In this document: piece after piece, positions 26,365 through 35,861 of the stretch | Position numbering within the stretch: the first letter of the stretch is position 1 | Layout of the letters: each line of letters begins with the position of its first letter | NCBI GenBank assembly: GCA_050013255.1 | Contig: JBEKFP010000002.1 | Location: 480,001-544,000 of the forward strand | Direction: 5' to 3' | Source of the DNA: Candidatus Bathyarchaeia archaeon | GTDB lineage: Archaea > Thermoproteota > Bathyarchaeia > 40CM-2-53-6 | DNA length: 64,000 bases | Translations under genes and position numbers: made by a program | The notes under the pieces: generated by a model | Told to the model about the DNA's origin: nothing | Databases searched by the model: none | Seen by the model: only the letters and a program-made list of their open reading frames with translations

Positions 26365-28143
26365 CTATGTTTCCGCTTCAATCTTCTTGAGTTGTTTCTG
26401 GTACATTTCGAGCGTTTCTTGCGAAGTAGTCGCGTCCTCCGCAGACTTGTCTTTCCGCCAATTACCAGTGAATCTGGGGAATCTAAGCGCCAGTCCGCTA
26501 CCGGGCCTTATCGCGTCCCAGCCGCACGTGTGGAGCGGGGATAATGTGATTTCGTCCGCAGCTACTTCCAAAACCGCAGAGGGCGCAAACCACACGTCAG
26601 GCTCCATCAACGAGTTGACCCGTGGATGCCTGTGCTTGACCACGCTCTTCTCCAACATCTTTGGGAGGTCGGCCAAGTCCTGGTCGGTGAAGCCTGACCC
26701 TAGCTTACATAGTGTCTCGAAAACGTCCTCCTTCTGATTATAGGCGGCCATGAGGAGCGCACCGTAACTACCTGCCCGTCTTCCCCGCCCCGCGAACGCC
26801 CCTACGGGAACCAAGTCAAAGGTGTCCTGAACTTCCGCCTTGTACGACCGCTTGTATTTTATCCAAAGCCAACCACGGGCCCCAGCCTGGTAGGTAGATT
26901 GCCCCGAGATGCTCTTGACAACTAAACCCTCACAACCTGAAGCAACGGCTTCGTCCATCAATTGCTCCAGTTTCTTTGGATCCTTCGTCAAATGTTGGTG
27001 AGCTATCGCCACGTGTTCAGAAGGTTCGATAATTTTCACTAGCTCCTTTCTTCTTTCGAGGTAGGGGGTAAGTGTCATGTCACGTCCATTCAGGAAGAGG
27101 ACGTCGAACAGGAATACCGTCACAGGTATCTCTTCGGACATTCTCTGAATTTCGTACTTTCTTCCCCGCCTTTGGGAGATGACTTGGAAGGGGAGCATAT
27201 CACCGGTGTTAGCATCCACTGCTACACATTCGCCTTCCACGATCGCCTCTTTCGCCTTGACGCATGTTTGTAACAGTTTGGCGACATCAGGGAATTGGTC
27301 GGTAATGTTCTCAAGCCGCCGCGAGAAAAGTTGCACCCCTTTAGGGTTCAAGTGCGCTTGGATTCTGAGGCCATCGTACTTGTATTCCGCAGCTCCCTCA
27401 CCCCCAAGCTTCTCCAGAATATCTTGGGCAGCGGGCAAACGCTCGCAGAGCATCGGCCTGATCGGACGCCCGACTGTAATCTTGAACTTCTCAATCCCTT
27501 CGAGGCCATCGTGCGTGACCACATCAGCAACGTACCCTAGGTCCGACGAGAGATTGTACGCCCTTTCGATGGGTTCCCTTGCAACCTTGTTGCCTCCGTA
27601 TGCAACCGCAAGCCCATCCAGCACAGTCATATCAGCGACGCCCAACCTCAGCTTACCAACAGCCATCCTCGCGATGAACTTCCCTTCAAGCGGCGTCGCA
27701 TCATTCAGGAGGCTTATGAGTAAACGAGTTTTCGTCTCAACAGAACCGGAACCTGTTGCCTTCGCGATCTTATCGAAGGTCTCGTATACCGTCTTGACAG
27801 TTAGAGACCGTTTCACAAGGGAGGCTTGCGATTTCTTTCGCAGTAATTTCTCAACGCTTAGCCCTACGTCCCCGGTCTTCTTGTAGTCCTCCTCAACCGC
27901 CCGCTCTGTTTTCCCAGAAACTTCTGCAGCCGCCTTTATCAGCAGCTTTTCGGCGAGGCCAAGTTCGACGCCAACATAGTCAGGGTAAAGCTTTCCTTGA
28001 AGCAGGTAGACAACTTTGCTAATTTCATCCTTCGGGGTCTCCTTAATCAGGTCCACAAGGAAGCTGGTCATTTCCAAGCGTTTCTTGGTAGCCTCTATTT
28101 TTTCGAAGAGATCAGCTACCTGACTGAACTTCAAAGGCGTCAC
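26365..28143 (-). CDS. lig: ATP-dependent DNA ligase
   Basis: EYKYDGLR, EGLVVK, WIKYK, LRFPRF. Confidence 0.97.
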   Translation of the reverse strand: MTPLKFSQVADLFEKIEATKKRLEMTSFLVDLIKETPKDEISKVVYLLQGKLYPDYVGVELGLAEKLLIKAAAEVSGKTERAVEEDYKKTGDVGLSVEKLLRKKSQASLVKRSLTVKTVYETFDKIAKATGSGSVETKTRLLISLLNDATPLEGKFIARMAVGKLRLGVADMTVLDGLAVAYGGNKVAREPIERAYNLSSDLGYVADVVTHDGLEGIEKFKITVGRPIRPMLCERLPAAQDILEKLGGEGAAEYKYDGLRIQAHLNPKGVQLFSRRLENITDQFPDVAKLLQTCVKAKEAIVEGECVAVDANTGDMLPFQVISQRRGRKYEIQRMSEEIPVTVFLFDVLFLNGRDMTLTPYLERRKELVKIIEPSEHVAIAHQHLTKDPKKLEQLMDEAVASGCEGLVVKSISGQSTYQAGARGWLWIKYKRSYKAEVQDTFDLVPVGAFAGRGRRAGSYGALLMAAYNQKEDVFETLCKLGSGFTDQDLADLPKMLEKSVVKHRHPRVNSLMEPDVWFAPSAVLEVAADEITLSPLHTCGWDAIRPGSGLALRFPRFTGNWRKDKSAEDATTSQETLEMYQKQLKKIEAET

Positions 28144-28260
28144 ATCTAGAGGGGGTTACATGGTCTACAATGCTTCAGATGAAGCTGAAAGTGATGGACG
28201 AATTATTAGCGGTTGCCGTTCACATGGTTGTTCCAGGGCCCCGCATTATTACTACGAGTG

Positions 28261-29214
28261 ATGGAGGCTCGCTTGCCCCGCAATGGAGAAATAAACCGGC
28301 ACATTGTACTTGGCCTCGAGCTGAATCTCAGAGGGACACTTTGGAGGCCTAATACAGCGACAGCAACACTGGGTCGATTCTATTTCGGCTGTGCAGGTTG
28401 GTCATACAAGGAATGGAATGGGCCACTCTACGACCCCGGCAAGAGCATGCTTCAACAATATGCCTCAGTATTTGACACCGTGGAACTCAATTCATCCTTC
28501 TACAGGCAACCTGACGAAGGAACAATCCTAGGCCTAACTCGAAACACCAAGAGGGGGTTCATGTTCAGCGCGAAGATTAACCAGAAGTTCACGCACGAAC
28601 TACGGCTGAAGTTAGACGATGATTCTCAGGAGGAGTTGGAGAGTTTCGTGCAACTCTTCGACCCTTTGCTCACTCAAGACAGGTTGGGATGTTTCCTTGT
28701 CCAGCTTCCACCTTCTCTCAAAAGGAACAATAAACTCCTTGAAGATTTCTTAGCTGCTCTTCCACATCGCTATGATTACGTGGTTGAGTTTCGGCACAAG
28801 TCGTGGATGAACGATTCGACGTGGCGCATTCTTTCGAAATATCAGGCGGCTTATTGTATCGTCGATGAACCTCTTTTGCCGCCAGAGGTACATGTTACAT
28901 CATCGATCGGGTACATCAGGTGGCACGGCCACGGGGAACGGCCGTGGTATGATTACCGTTACACGCAGCAGCAGCTCCAGGATTGGGTTCCTAAGATCAG
29001 AGAGGTTCAGGCAAATACGAAGAAGACTTTCGGAATATTCAACAACCACTTTCATGGGTACGCTCCGGAAAATTGCATTCAGACTATGCAAATGCTAGGC
29101 ATAGCGACTCCGACTCATCTGAAAACCATTAAACGCCTGCAGCGTTACATCGACAGGGAATTGGCTGGGTTACCACCCGCCGGAACTCTCGACCAATACG
29201 CTTCATCCACATAA
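28261..29214 (+). CDS. DUF72 (YecE) family protein
   Basis: GCAGWSY, VELNSSFY, QLPPS, EFRH, FNNH; conserved part begins near CTG at 28369. Confidence 0.9.
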   Translation: MEARLPRNGEINRHIVLGLELNLRGTLWRPNTATATLGRFYFGCAGWSYKEWNGPLYDPGKSMLQQYASVFDTVELNSSFYRQPDEGTILGLTRNTKRGFMFSAKINQKFTHELRLKLDDDSQEELESFVQLFDPLLTQDRLGCFLVQLPPSLKRNNKLLEDFLAALPHRYDYVVEFRHKSWMNDSTWRILSKYQAAYCIVDEPLLPPEVHVTSSIGYIRWHGHGERPWYDYRYTQQQLQDWVPKIREVQANTKKTFGIFNNHFHGYAPENCIQTMQMLGIATPTHLKTIKRLQRYIDRELAGLPPAGTLDQYASST

Positions 29215-29234
29215 CTGGAGTATGGCGAATCTGA

Positions 29235-29924
29235 ATGAAAGGGATGTTCGGCCGGTTTCATTTAGTAAGAAGAAAAGAGAGGCGTGTCCTAGAACTAATT
29301 TCGGACCATTTTGACCTTGTAGCTAAGGCGGTCCAAGAATTGGAGCCACTCCTCGAAGCCGCGAAGGGTGGTGACTCGAAAAAGGTTGAAGAAATGAGCG
29401 CTAGGGTCGCCGAGTTCGAGACACTCGCCGATGGGTTGCACAGGGACGCAGTATTGGCAATCTCTCAGGGCGCATTCTTTTCGGGGACACGAGACGACTT
29501 CCTCGAGCTCATGGAGGAGAATGACGAGGTCGCGGACGCAGCGCAGAACGCTGCGAGAATACTTGCTGATTCGTCAATCGATTCCTCATCCTTCCTCATT
29601 CTGTATGAGGAACAAAAAGCGACCTTGAGCGACCTTTTCAACTTGCTTCAAACAACGGTTAGACTTTTGCGTGAGTCGATAGCAGCGCTCGCAAGTGATG
29701 CCGAGCTTGCCGTTAGCAAGTCTCTCCTCGTCGAGCGAGCCGAGGAAGAAGCAGACGAGGTGAAGAATCTGCTGATAAAACACATTTTCGCGCACAAATC
29801 TGAGCTGGATGTGCTGACGCTGCTTCAGCTCCGCGACTTTGTACTAAAGCTTGATGAGATTGGAGATGCAGCTGAAGATTCTTCCGACTTAGTGATATCA
29901 TTGGTAGCTAAAGCGGAAGCTTAG
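29235..29924 (+). CDS. DUF47 / PhoU-like phosphate transport regulator
   Basis: E..AD repeats, DEIGDAAED; located next to the Pit transporter. Confidence 0.85.
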   Translation: MKGMFGRFHLVRRKERRVLELISDHFDLVAKAVQELEPLLEAAKGGDSKKVEEMSARVAEFETLADGLHRDAVLAISQGAFFSGTRDDFLELMEENDEVADAAQNAARILADSSIDSSSFLILYEEQKATLSDLFNLLQTTVRLLRESIAALASDAELAVSKSLLVERAEEEADEVKNLLIKHIFAHKSELDVLTLLQLRDFVLKLDEIGDAAEDSSDLVISLVAKAEA

Positions 29925-30025
29925 GCCCAGTTCTTCGAGTTGAAGAGTTTTAATAAAAGGGTTCTAGCTATCGATAGTCTGTCAGATACGATTTCAATGA
30001 GGTTCAGGGAAGGTCTGGTCTAGTC

Positions 30026-30214
30026 TTGAAATGCCCTCTTTGCGGAAAGGAGATGACACCGATGAGCGAGCGCCCGGCCGTGGATTCCCCGACGTTGCCA
30101 AGACCAAGACAGGAATCTCTCTATTTCTGCGGACAACACGGAGTGATGAATAGGTCCACTGACTTGAAGGAAAAAGTCGACCAGGTAACCAAGAAGGCAA
30201 GAACCACTCCGTGA
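30026..30214 (+). CDS. Small zinc-finger protein (CPxCG...CxxH)
   Basis: MKCPLCGKEM...YFCGQHG. Confidence 0.6.
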   Translation: MKCPLCGKEMTPMSERPAVDSPTLPRPRQESLYFCGQHGVMNRSTDLKEKVDQVTKKARTTP

Positions 30215-30249
30215 GGTTGTTTCTTGGCGTGTTGCCGCCGGAATACTAA

Positions 30250-31188
30250 TTGACTGCCATGCCATCTTATCTTGAGTTGCTTCCGGGGTTGGCGTTATGC
30301 GTTATCCTCGGCGCCAACAACCTCTCTACCTGCCTCGGAACATCTGTCGGTACTGGTGCTCTGCGATACCCACAAGCACTCATCCTGGCCTCGATCGGAC
30401 TTCTCGCCGGAATTCTTCTCGAAGGACACAAACTATCCCACGCAATAACTGCGGGGATCGTGCCCTCAACCGACCCGGCATTCATACTCGCAGTGTCACT
30501 TTCCAGCATCGGCATAATGGCGTTCCTGACGTTCCGCAAGCTTCCCATTAGCCTATCGCAAGTTGCTATCGGGGCTGCATTAGGCGCCGCGCTCGCTTTA
30601 GGGACACCCATCAACTGGCAGTTCACATTGCTAGTAGCATCATCCTGGCTACTGACACCATTGGCAGGGTTGGCGTTAGCGATCGCTCTTACCTTCACCA
30701 CCAGAACGCTCACAAAACGAGTTAGAAGAATTCTCACCCTAAACGCGCTCTACTCCTACCTGACGATTCTCAGCGGAACCTACGCCGCCTATGTACTCGG
30801 GGCGAACACTGTGGGGCTCATCATTGGCATGGTGGAAATATCAGGCTTCGAGCTCGTAACCTCCATCGCCTTTGGAGTTGCAACGATTCTTGGAATGATT
30901 GCACTCAGCAGGGGTACAACAAGGAGTGTTTCAGAAAACCTCGTAGGTTTGAACCCTTCCGCGTCCTTCGCAGCGCAGATGGGAGGAGCCTTGACAGTTC
31001 ACGGATTCACGGAGGCCGGAATCCCCGTCTCCGTGTCCCAAGCGGTAGTTGGAGGCATATTTGGCGCCTCCATTCCTCGAAACATAGTAGTTCGCAACAA
31101 CCGCCTAGTCAGGGAAATAATCGTCGGGTGGACTGCGGCCCCTTTTCTGGGTGCAGTTCTGGCGTTCTTGCTGGCTAGCGTCTTGTGA
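30250..31188 (+). CDS. Inorganic phosphate transporter, PiT family
   Basis: GANN, PISLSQ, GANT, GIPVSVSQ. Confidence 0.92.
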   Translation: MTAMPSYLELLPGLALCVILGANNLSTCLGTSVGTGALRYPQALILASIGLLAGILLEGHKLSHAITAGIVPSTDPAFILAVSLSSIGIMAFLTFRKLPISLSQVAIGAALGAALALGTPINWQFTLLVASSWLLTPLAGLALAIALTFTTRTLTKRVRRILTLNALYSYLTILSGTYAAYVLGANTVGLIIGMVEISGFELVTSIAFGVATILGMIALSRGTTRSVSENLVGLNPSASFAAQMGGALTVHGFTEAGIPVSVSQAVVGGIFGASIPRNIVVRNNRLVREIIVGWTAAPFLGAVLAFLLASVL

Positions 31189-31299
31189 GCGTGCAAAAAC
31201 TAGGCCATGAGAAGCGGCTGATTCAAAGCAAAGGAAGATTAACCTCAGCGTTTGTTCTGTGAGTTCCTTCACAGTTCACAATTACTCGAGTGTAAGCAT

Positions 31300-31752
31300 A
31301 TGCCTTCGGAGAAGTCATGCGGAGCTGTGATCTTCAAAGCCAACGGGAAACGCAAGTATCTACTACTTCACTACGAGGGCGGCCACTGGGATTTCGTAAA
31401 GGGGCATGTGGAAAGGAATGAAACCGAAATGGAAACCGTTCTCCGAGAAACCAATGAAGAGACCGGCCTGACCGACCTTAGATTCTTTGAGGGTTACCGT
31501 GAACCAATAAGCTACTACTACAGGAGAGCGGGAAGGATCGTTCAGAAGGAAGTCGTCTTCTACCTTCTTGAGGCTAAGACGGACTCGGTTCGGCTCTCTA
31601 GGGAGCATGTCGGTTTTGACTGGATGTCTTATGAGCCAGCCTACCAGCGGTTAACGTACAAGAACGCGAAGGATACGCTGCGCAAGGCCCACGAGTATAT
31701 GGAGAAGTTGCAAGCACAGACTCTAGTCGGGGACGCCGAGAAAGGCAGCTAA
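31300..31752 (+). CDS. NUDIX hydrolase (Ap4A hydrolase-like)
   Basis: HWDFVKGHVE...RETNEETG, LSREH. Confidence 0.92.
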   Translation: MPSEKSCGAVIFKANGKRKYLLLHYEGGHWDFVKGHVERNETEMETVLRETNEETGLTDLRFFEGYREPISYYYRRAGRIVQKEVVFYLLEAKTDSVRLSREHVGFDWMSYEPAYQRLTYKNAKDTLRKAHEYMEKLQAQTLVGDAEKGS

Positions 31753-32658
31753 AACGGCCCTTGCCCCGTGCAGCTTGTTCTCAGCCTGCTGCCACACGAT
31801 ACTTTTCGGTCCCTCCAAGACTCCATCAGTGATTTCCAGTCCCCTGTGTGCTGGAAGGCAGTGCATTACCGCAACATCGGGTTTTGCTTTTTGAACAAGT
31901 TTCTCGTTGATCTGGTACGGTTTAAACTTCAGTTCCTTCTTTTTGGCTCCTTTCTCTTGGCCCATGCTCACCCAGACATCAGTGTAGAGAACGTCCGCAT
32001 CTTCAGCGGCCTTCTGCGGGTTCCCCTCCAACTCGACTACTCCACCAGATTCCTTCGCGAGCTTCCTCGCCCTCTCAAGCATGGATTCGTCCGGCTCACA
32101 GCCCTTCGGAGAGGAGACGACCAAGCTCATCCCCATGCTCGCTCCCCCAATCAACCACGAATTGCAAACATTGTTTCCGTCTCCGACCCACACAAACTTC
32201 AGGCCCGATAACTTACCCTTTGCCTCAAGGATCGTGAGCATATCCGAAATAATTTGAGTCGGATGCTCCAAGTCGCAGAGAGCGTTGATGATGGGAACGG
32301 GTGCATATTCAGCAAACTCCACCAAGGTCTGGTGTGCGTACGTTCGAATAACAATACCGCTCAGGTAGGCTCCTAGCACTCTGGCGGTGTCCTTCAGGGG
32401 TTCGCCCCGTGTCAACTGCAGCTCGTCAGCGCGAAGATACATGGCCTGCCCGCCCAGCTGGTAGACCGCAGTTTCGAAACTAGCTCTAGTTCGGGTTGAG
32501 GGCTTCTCAAACAGTAGACCAATGACCTTGCCGGACAATGAATGCTTGAGCGTCCCCTGCCTTGCGTCCGATTTGAGTCTAACCGCGAGCTCCAACAGGG
32601 ATTGAGTGTCCCCGCGCGTTAGGTCGCCTATAGAAAGGAAGTCTCTACCTGATAACAA
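31723..32658 (-). CDS. argF: Ornithine carbamoyltransferase
   Basis: KPSTRTR, HPTQ, DVWVSMG, HCLPA. Confidence 0.96.
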   Translation of the reverse strand: MLSGRDFLSIGDLTRGDTQSLLELAVRLKSDARQGTLKHSLSGKVIGLLFEKPSTRTRASFETAVYQLGGQAMYLRADELQLTRGEPLKDTARVLGAYLSGIVIRTYAHQTLVEFAEYAPVPIINALCDLEHPTQIISDMLTILEAKGKLSGLKFVWVGDGNNVCNSWLIGGASMGMSLVVSSPKGCEPDESMLERARKLAKESGGVVELEGNPQKAAEDADVLYTDVWVSMGQEKGAKKKELKFKPYQINEKLVQKAKPDVAVMHCLPAHRGLEITDGVLEGPKSIVWQQAENKLHGARAVLAAFLGVPD

Positions 32659-32727
32659 CCAAGACCACGGCCTCGGTTTGCTCAGGAGCCATTGAAAAAC
32701 GCTTCAGCCTAATTCCGTGGCCGAGCG

Positions 32728-33138
32728 TTACGCTCGTTTCTTTGCCCTTACGACGCCACGATATCTTGGGGGAGCTTTCTTCGTCGGGTCGATTAGGAAT
32801 CGTCCTGACTTCAGTATGTCCATTCCAATCAGCACAGGGTACCTCATGTCCGAGCGATCGTTAACCGTCACAGGTAGGGCAAACCTTTCACCAGCAATTT
32901 CGACAATCCCTCGCACTAATGGCCGGGTGCGTACTTCGTCTAGAAATGCGGACTTGACCTTGGCAACGTCCACCGTGGGCCCCAGGCCTATGTTTGCCGC
33001 CAGCCATACGTCCACTGAAGTTCTAGTCGCGCCTGTGTCGACTTTCCCTTTGACCCGAGCCTCGCCGTGGTGTCCTATGACCTTCACATATTCAATCGGG
33101 CCGATAACGATCTGCTGTTTCCCATTCAATGAAACCAC
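32728..33138 (-). CDS. RimK-associated retropepsin-like aspartyl protease
   Basis: KVDTGATRTS, DRSDMRYPVLIG. Confidence 0.88.
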   Translation of the reverse strand: MVSLNGKQQIVIGPIEYVKVIGHHGEARVKGKVDTGATRTSVDVWLAANIGLGPTVDVAKVKSAFLDEVRTRPLVRGIVEIAGERFALPVTVNDRSDMRYPVLIGMDILKSGRFLIDPTKKAPPRYRGVVRAKKRA

Positions 33139-33203
33139 TGTGGTGGCGAGCGCTTTATGAGCAAACCAAGTATTAAGCTCACATCGGTAAGTGGCCGAAT
33201 TTC

Positions 33204-34076
33204 ATGAAAATCGGAGTCCTATCAAAGAACCCAGAATTCTGGGCGACAACAGAAATCATGAGTGCGCTGAAAGAAAAAGGCGCTGAACCAATCTACGTCA
33301 GGACGCCTGAAGTCCACCTCATGTTGGAAGGCCCGAAGGTTGATGCAATTTACGAGAAGCAATCACTATCTCGCCTAGACTCAGTGATACCCAGGATTGG
33401 GCGCAGCCTCACGCAGCTTGGCGTTATGATCCTGAAACACTTCGAGCTCATGAAACTCCCCTCAACGCTCTCTATGAACGGCCTCTTGACCGCGAGGAAC
33501 AAGTACCTTGCCCTGCAAGCGCTCCATGGAGCGGGAGTAAAGATTCCCGAAAGCGTTCTAATCGCTTCTCGCAACAAGAACGAAGAACCAACCGAATACC
33601 TATCGCCCCCACTTGTAATGAAACTGCTGAGCGGAACTCAGGGCATTGGGGTGATGCGTGTAAGAGATGCAAAGGAAGCAGGTCCCATAATTGACACTCT
33701 CTCCGAGCTCGACCAAATGATCTGCCTGCAAAAATTTCTACCCAACCCAGGTGAAGATATTCGAGTCTTTGTTATTGATGGGAAAATCATTGGTGCCATG
33801 AAGCGTAAAGCAGCTCCCCACGAGTGGAGAAGCAACATCCACATAGGTGGACAGGGAATACCACACAAACCCTCCAAAGCAGAGGCTGAAACTTCCGTCA
33901 GGGCAGCCGAAGCAGTTGGTGTCGAAATCGCCGGCGTCGATTTAATCTCGGTCGACGAAGACCCCTATGTAATCGAAGTAAATGCCTCACCAGGTTTCCG
34001 CGGTCTTCTAGGCGCAACCGGCATAAACGCGGCTGAAGAAATAGCAAAGTATGCCATTGCAAAAAGCAAACATTAG
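33204..34076 (+). CDS. RimK-family alpha-L-glutamate ligase (ATP-grasp)
   Basis: GTQGIGV, DIRVFV, WRSNIHIGG, EVNASPG. Confidence 0.92.
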   Translation: MKIGVLSKNPEFWATTEIMSALKEKGAEPIYVRTPEVHLMLEGPKVDAIYEKQSLSRLDSVIPRIGRSLTQLGVMILKHFELMKLPSTLSMNGLLTARNKYLALQALHGAGVKIPESVLIASRNKNEEPTEYLSPPLVMKLLSGTQGIGVMRVRDAKEAGPIIDTLSELDQMICLQKFLPNPGEDIRVFVIDGKIIGAMKRKAAPHEWRSNIHIGGQGIPHKPSKAEAETSVRAAEAVGVEIAGVDLISVDEDPYVIEVNASPGFRGLLGATGINAAEEIAKYAIAKSKH

Positions 34077-34260
34077 AATTACCTTAGTCCTGACTCCATA
34101 ACACTCATTGGAATCATCATCGTACAGGGACTTCGCCTGTTGGCAATGAAGACAGTCACAAATACGATGCTCAAATGACATGAACCTGGGGTATCGGAGC
34201 TGACAGGCCTACACGCTCGAATCTGATGACCCTCTGTTCGACATGAAATGATTTAAGACA

Positions 34261-34869
34261 TCAGAACGCCTTGGGCCTTGTGTCAATAATTCTGCTCTCG
34301 GTCACAATTCTGTCCACCCGTCGGTCGTACCGCGACCTTGGGACATTTGAGACGCATTGGAAGTCGTAAGCTAAGCCCACGGTCGCCACGTGTGTTCGGA
34401 GCGCGTTTACGCTTCGGTCATAGTATCCGGCGCCGTATCCTATTCTGAACCCTCTCAGATCCCATGCGACACCTGGAACTAGGATTACATCGGCTTGCTC
34501 CAAGGCTACGGGTCGGCGAAACTCGCGTTTGGGTTCTGGGATTCCATAGTCACCCCTTTCAAGTTCCTCGGGTGCCTTGAACTCCGAGAATATCAGGCGC
34601 TTGTTGGCTCGGTCAACCACGGGCACGATTATTCTCTTACCATTCCAGAGTGCCCACTCGACAAAACCGCGTGTTCTTACTTCGCTACCGATGTTTAGGT
34701 AGGTCGATATTGTTCGCGCTTCCTTGACAGTTGGGAGTTCAAGTAATCTAGCGGTGATCTCGGAGCTTAGTTGGTCCAGTTCTGAGGCGGGCTTACTGTT
34801 TCTTAGTGCGAGCATTTGGGCTCGCAGCATTCGCTTCCTTTCATAACCTTCCAGGAGTACCCAACTCAT
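34261..34869 (-). CDS. 5-formyltetrahydrofolate cyclo-ligase
   Basis: GIPEP, VPGVAWD..G.RIGYGAGYYDR. Confidence 0.93.
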   Translation of the reverse strand: MSWVLLEGYERKRMLRAQMLALRNSKPASELDQLSSEITARLLELPTVKEARTISTYLNIGSEVRTRGFVEWALWNGKRIIVPVVDRANKRLIFSEFKAPEELERGDYGIPEPKREFRRPVALEQADVILVPGVAWDLRGFRIGYGAGYYDRSVNALRTHVATVGLAYDFQCVSNVPRSRYDRRVDRIVTESRIIDTRPKAF

Positions 34870-35743
34870 CGGGGTTGTACGCCAATTTCACACCGCTCTG
34901 GGAACACGCCGAGGTCAACGTGTTGTACATGATCATTGCAATCGTCATTGGCCCCACTCCACCCGGCACGGGCGTCACAAGCGAAGCAACAGGAATGACC
35001 GCATCAAAATCAACATCCCCCACTAACACTCCTCCAATGCTACTCGTCCCAATATCGACGACAATAGCCCCTGCTTTGACCATGTTCGGGCCAACTTTGA
35101 ATTCGGCACGATGACCAATACCTGTCAAAAGGATGTCAGCTTCCTTGGAGATTTCCTCAAGCTGTTCAGTCTTTGAATGGCAGATAGTTACCGTGGCATC
35201 TTCGTTTAGTAGGAGTTGGGCGAGAGGCCTACCTAGCAGCTTACTCCGGTTAATCACGACTGCGTGCTTGCCGGCTATTTTTACACCGTAATGTTTCAGC
35301 AAGAGAACGACCCCCTTGGGGGTGCACGGAACGAGCTTCGCCGTCCCTTTCTGATAGAGTAAGCCGAGGTTGCATGGGTTCAACCCATCAGCATCTTTCT
35401 CTTGACTTATAGTTGCGCAAGCTGCAACATCGTCCAAACCCTTCGGCAAGGGCAACTGGAGTAGGATCCCTGTTACCGAACGATCAGAATTCAGTTCGGA
35501 AACGGCTTCCTCCAACTTGGTCTGGGCTATGTTGGAAGGTAGCTCAATGCTGCGCGACTTTATTCCAACATCGGTGCATGCTAAATGCACGCTTCGTAAG
35601 TATGCCTTCGAAGCTGGACTTTCGCCAACAAGTATTGTTGCTAAGTTGGGTTCCACTTTCGCACTCAAAGCTCTAACCTGTTCTCTAATCTTCGACCTTA
35701 TCTCTTGAGCTACGGCGCGTCCCTCCATCGTTTTGGCAGGCAA
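34841..35743 (-). CDS. folD: Methylenetetrahydrofolate dehydrogenase/cyclohydrolase
   Basis: GILLQLPLP, KDADG, PCTP, TPVPGGVGPMT; TTG start at 35743. Confidence 0.95.
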   Translation of the reverse strand: MPAKTMEGRAVAQEIRSKIREQVRALSAKVEPNLATILVGESPASKAYLRSVHLACTDVGIKSRSIELPSNIAQTKLEEAVSELNSDRSVTGILLQLPLPKGLDDVAACATISQEKDADGLNPCNLGLLYQKGTAKLVPCTPKGVVLLLKHYGVKIAGKHAVVINRSKLLGRPLAQLLLNEDATVTICHSKTEQLEEISKEADILLTGIGHRAEFKVGPNMVKAGAIVVDIGTSSIGGVLVGDVDFDAVIPVASLVTPVPGGVGPMTIAMIMYNTLTSACSQSGVKLAYNPDELGTPGRL

Positions 35744-35861
35744 ATTCCTCAACCCTAGGCGGTTCCGAGTATTGTTGTTCCGCCTTATAGAACGATAGAG
35801 TCTGTGAAAACTGACCGAAACGAAATTAGCCCGGACGAGCCATTTTCGAGCTCGATGAGTT

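Noticed and set aside
27179-27886. Long antisense ORFs in the track (for example inside lig, trm1, pyrG and folD/ftcd)
   Set aside because: Shadow frames of well-conserved genes with no motifs of their own
34146-34203. Possible C/D box sRNA ending in CTGA with CCTGGGGTA
   Set aside because: Boxes are degenerate and the putative guide is not positioned for the N+5 rule
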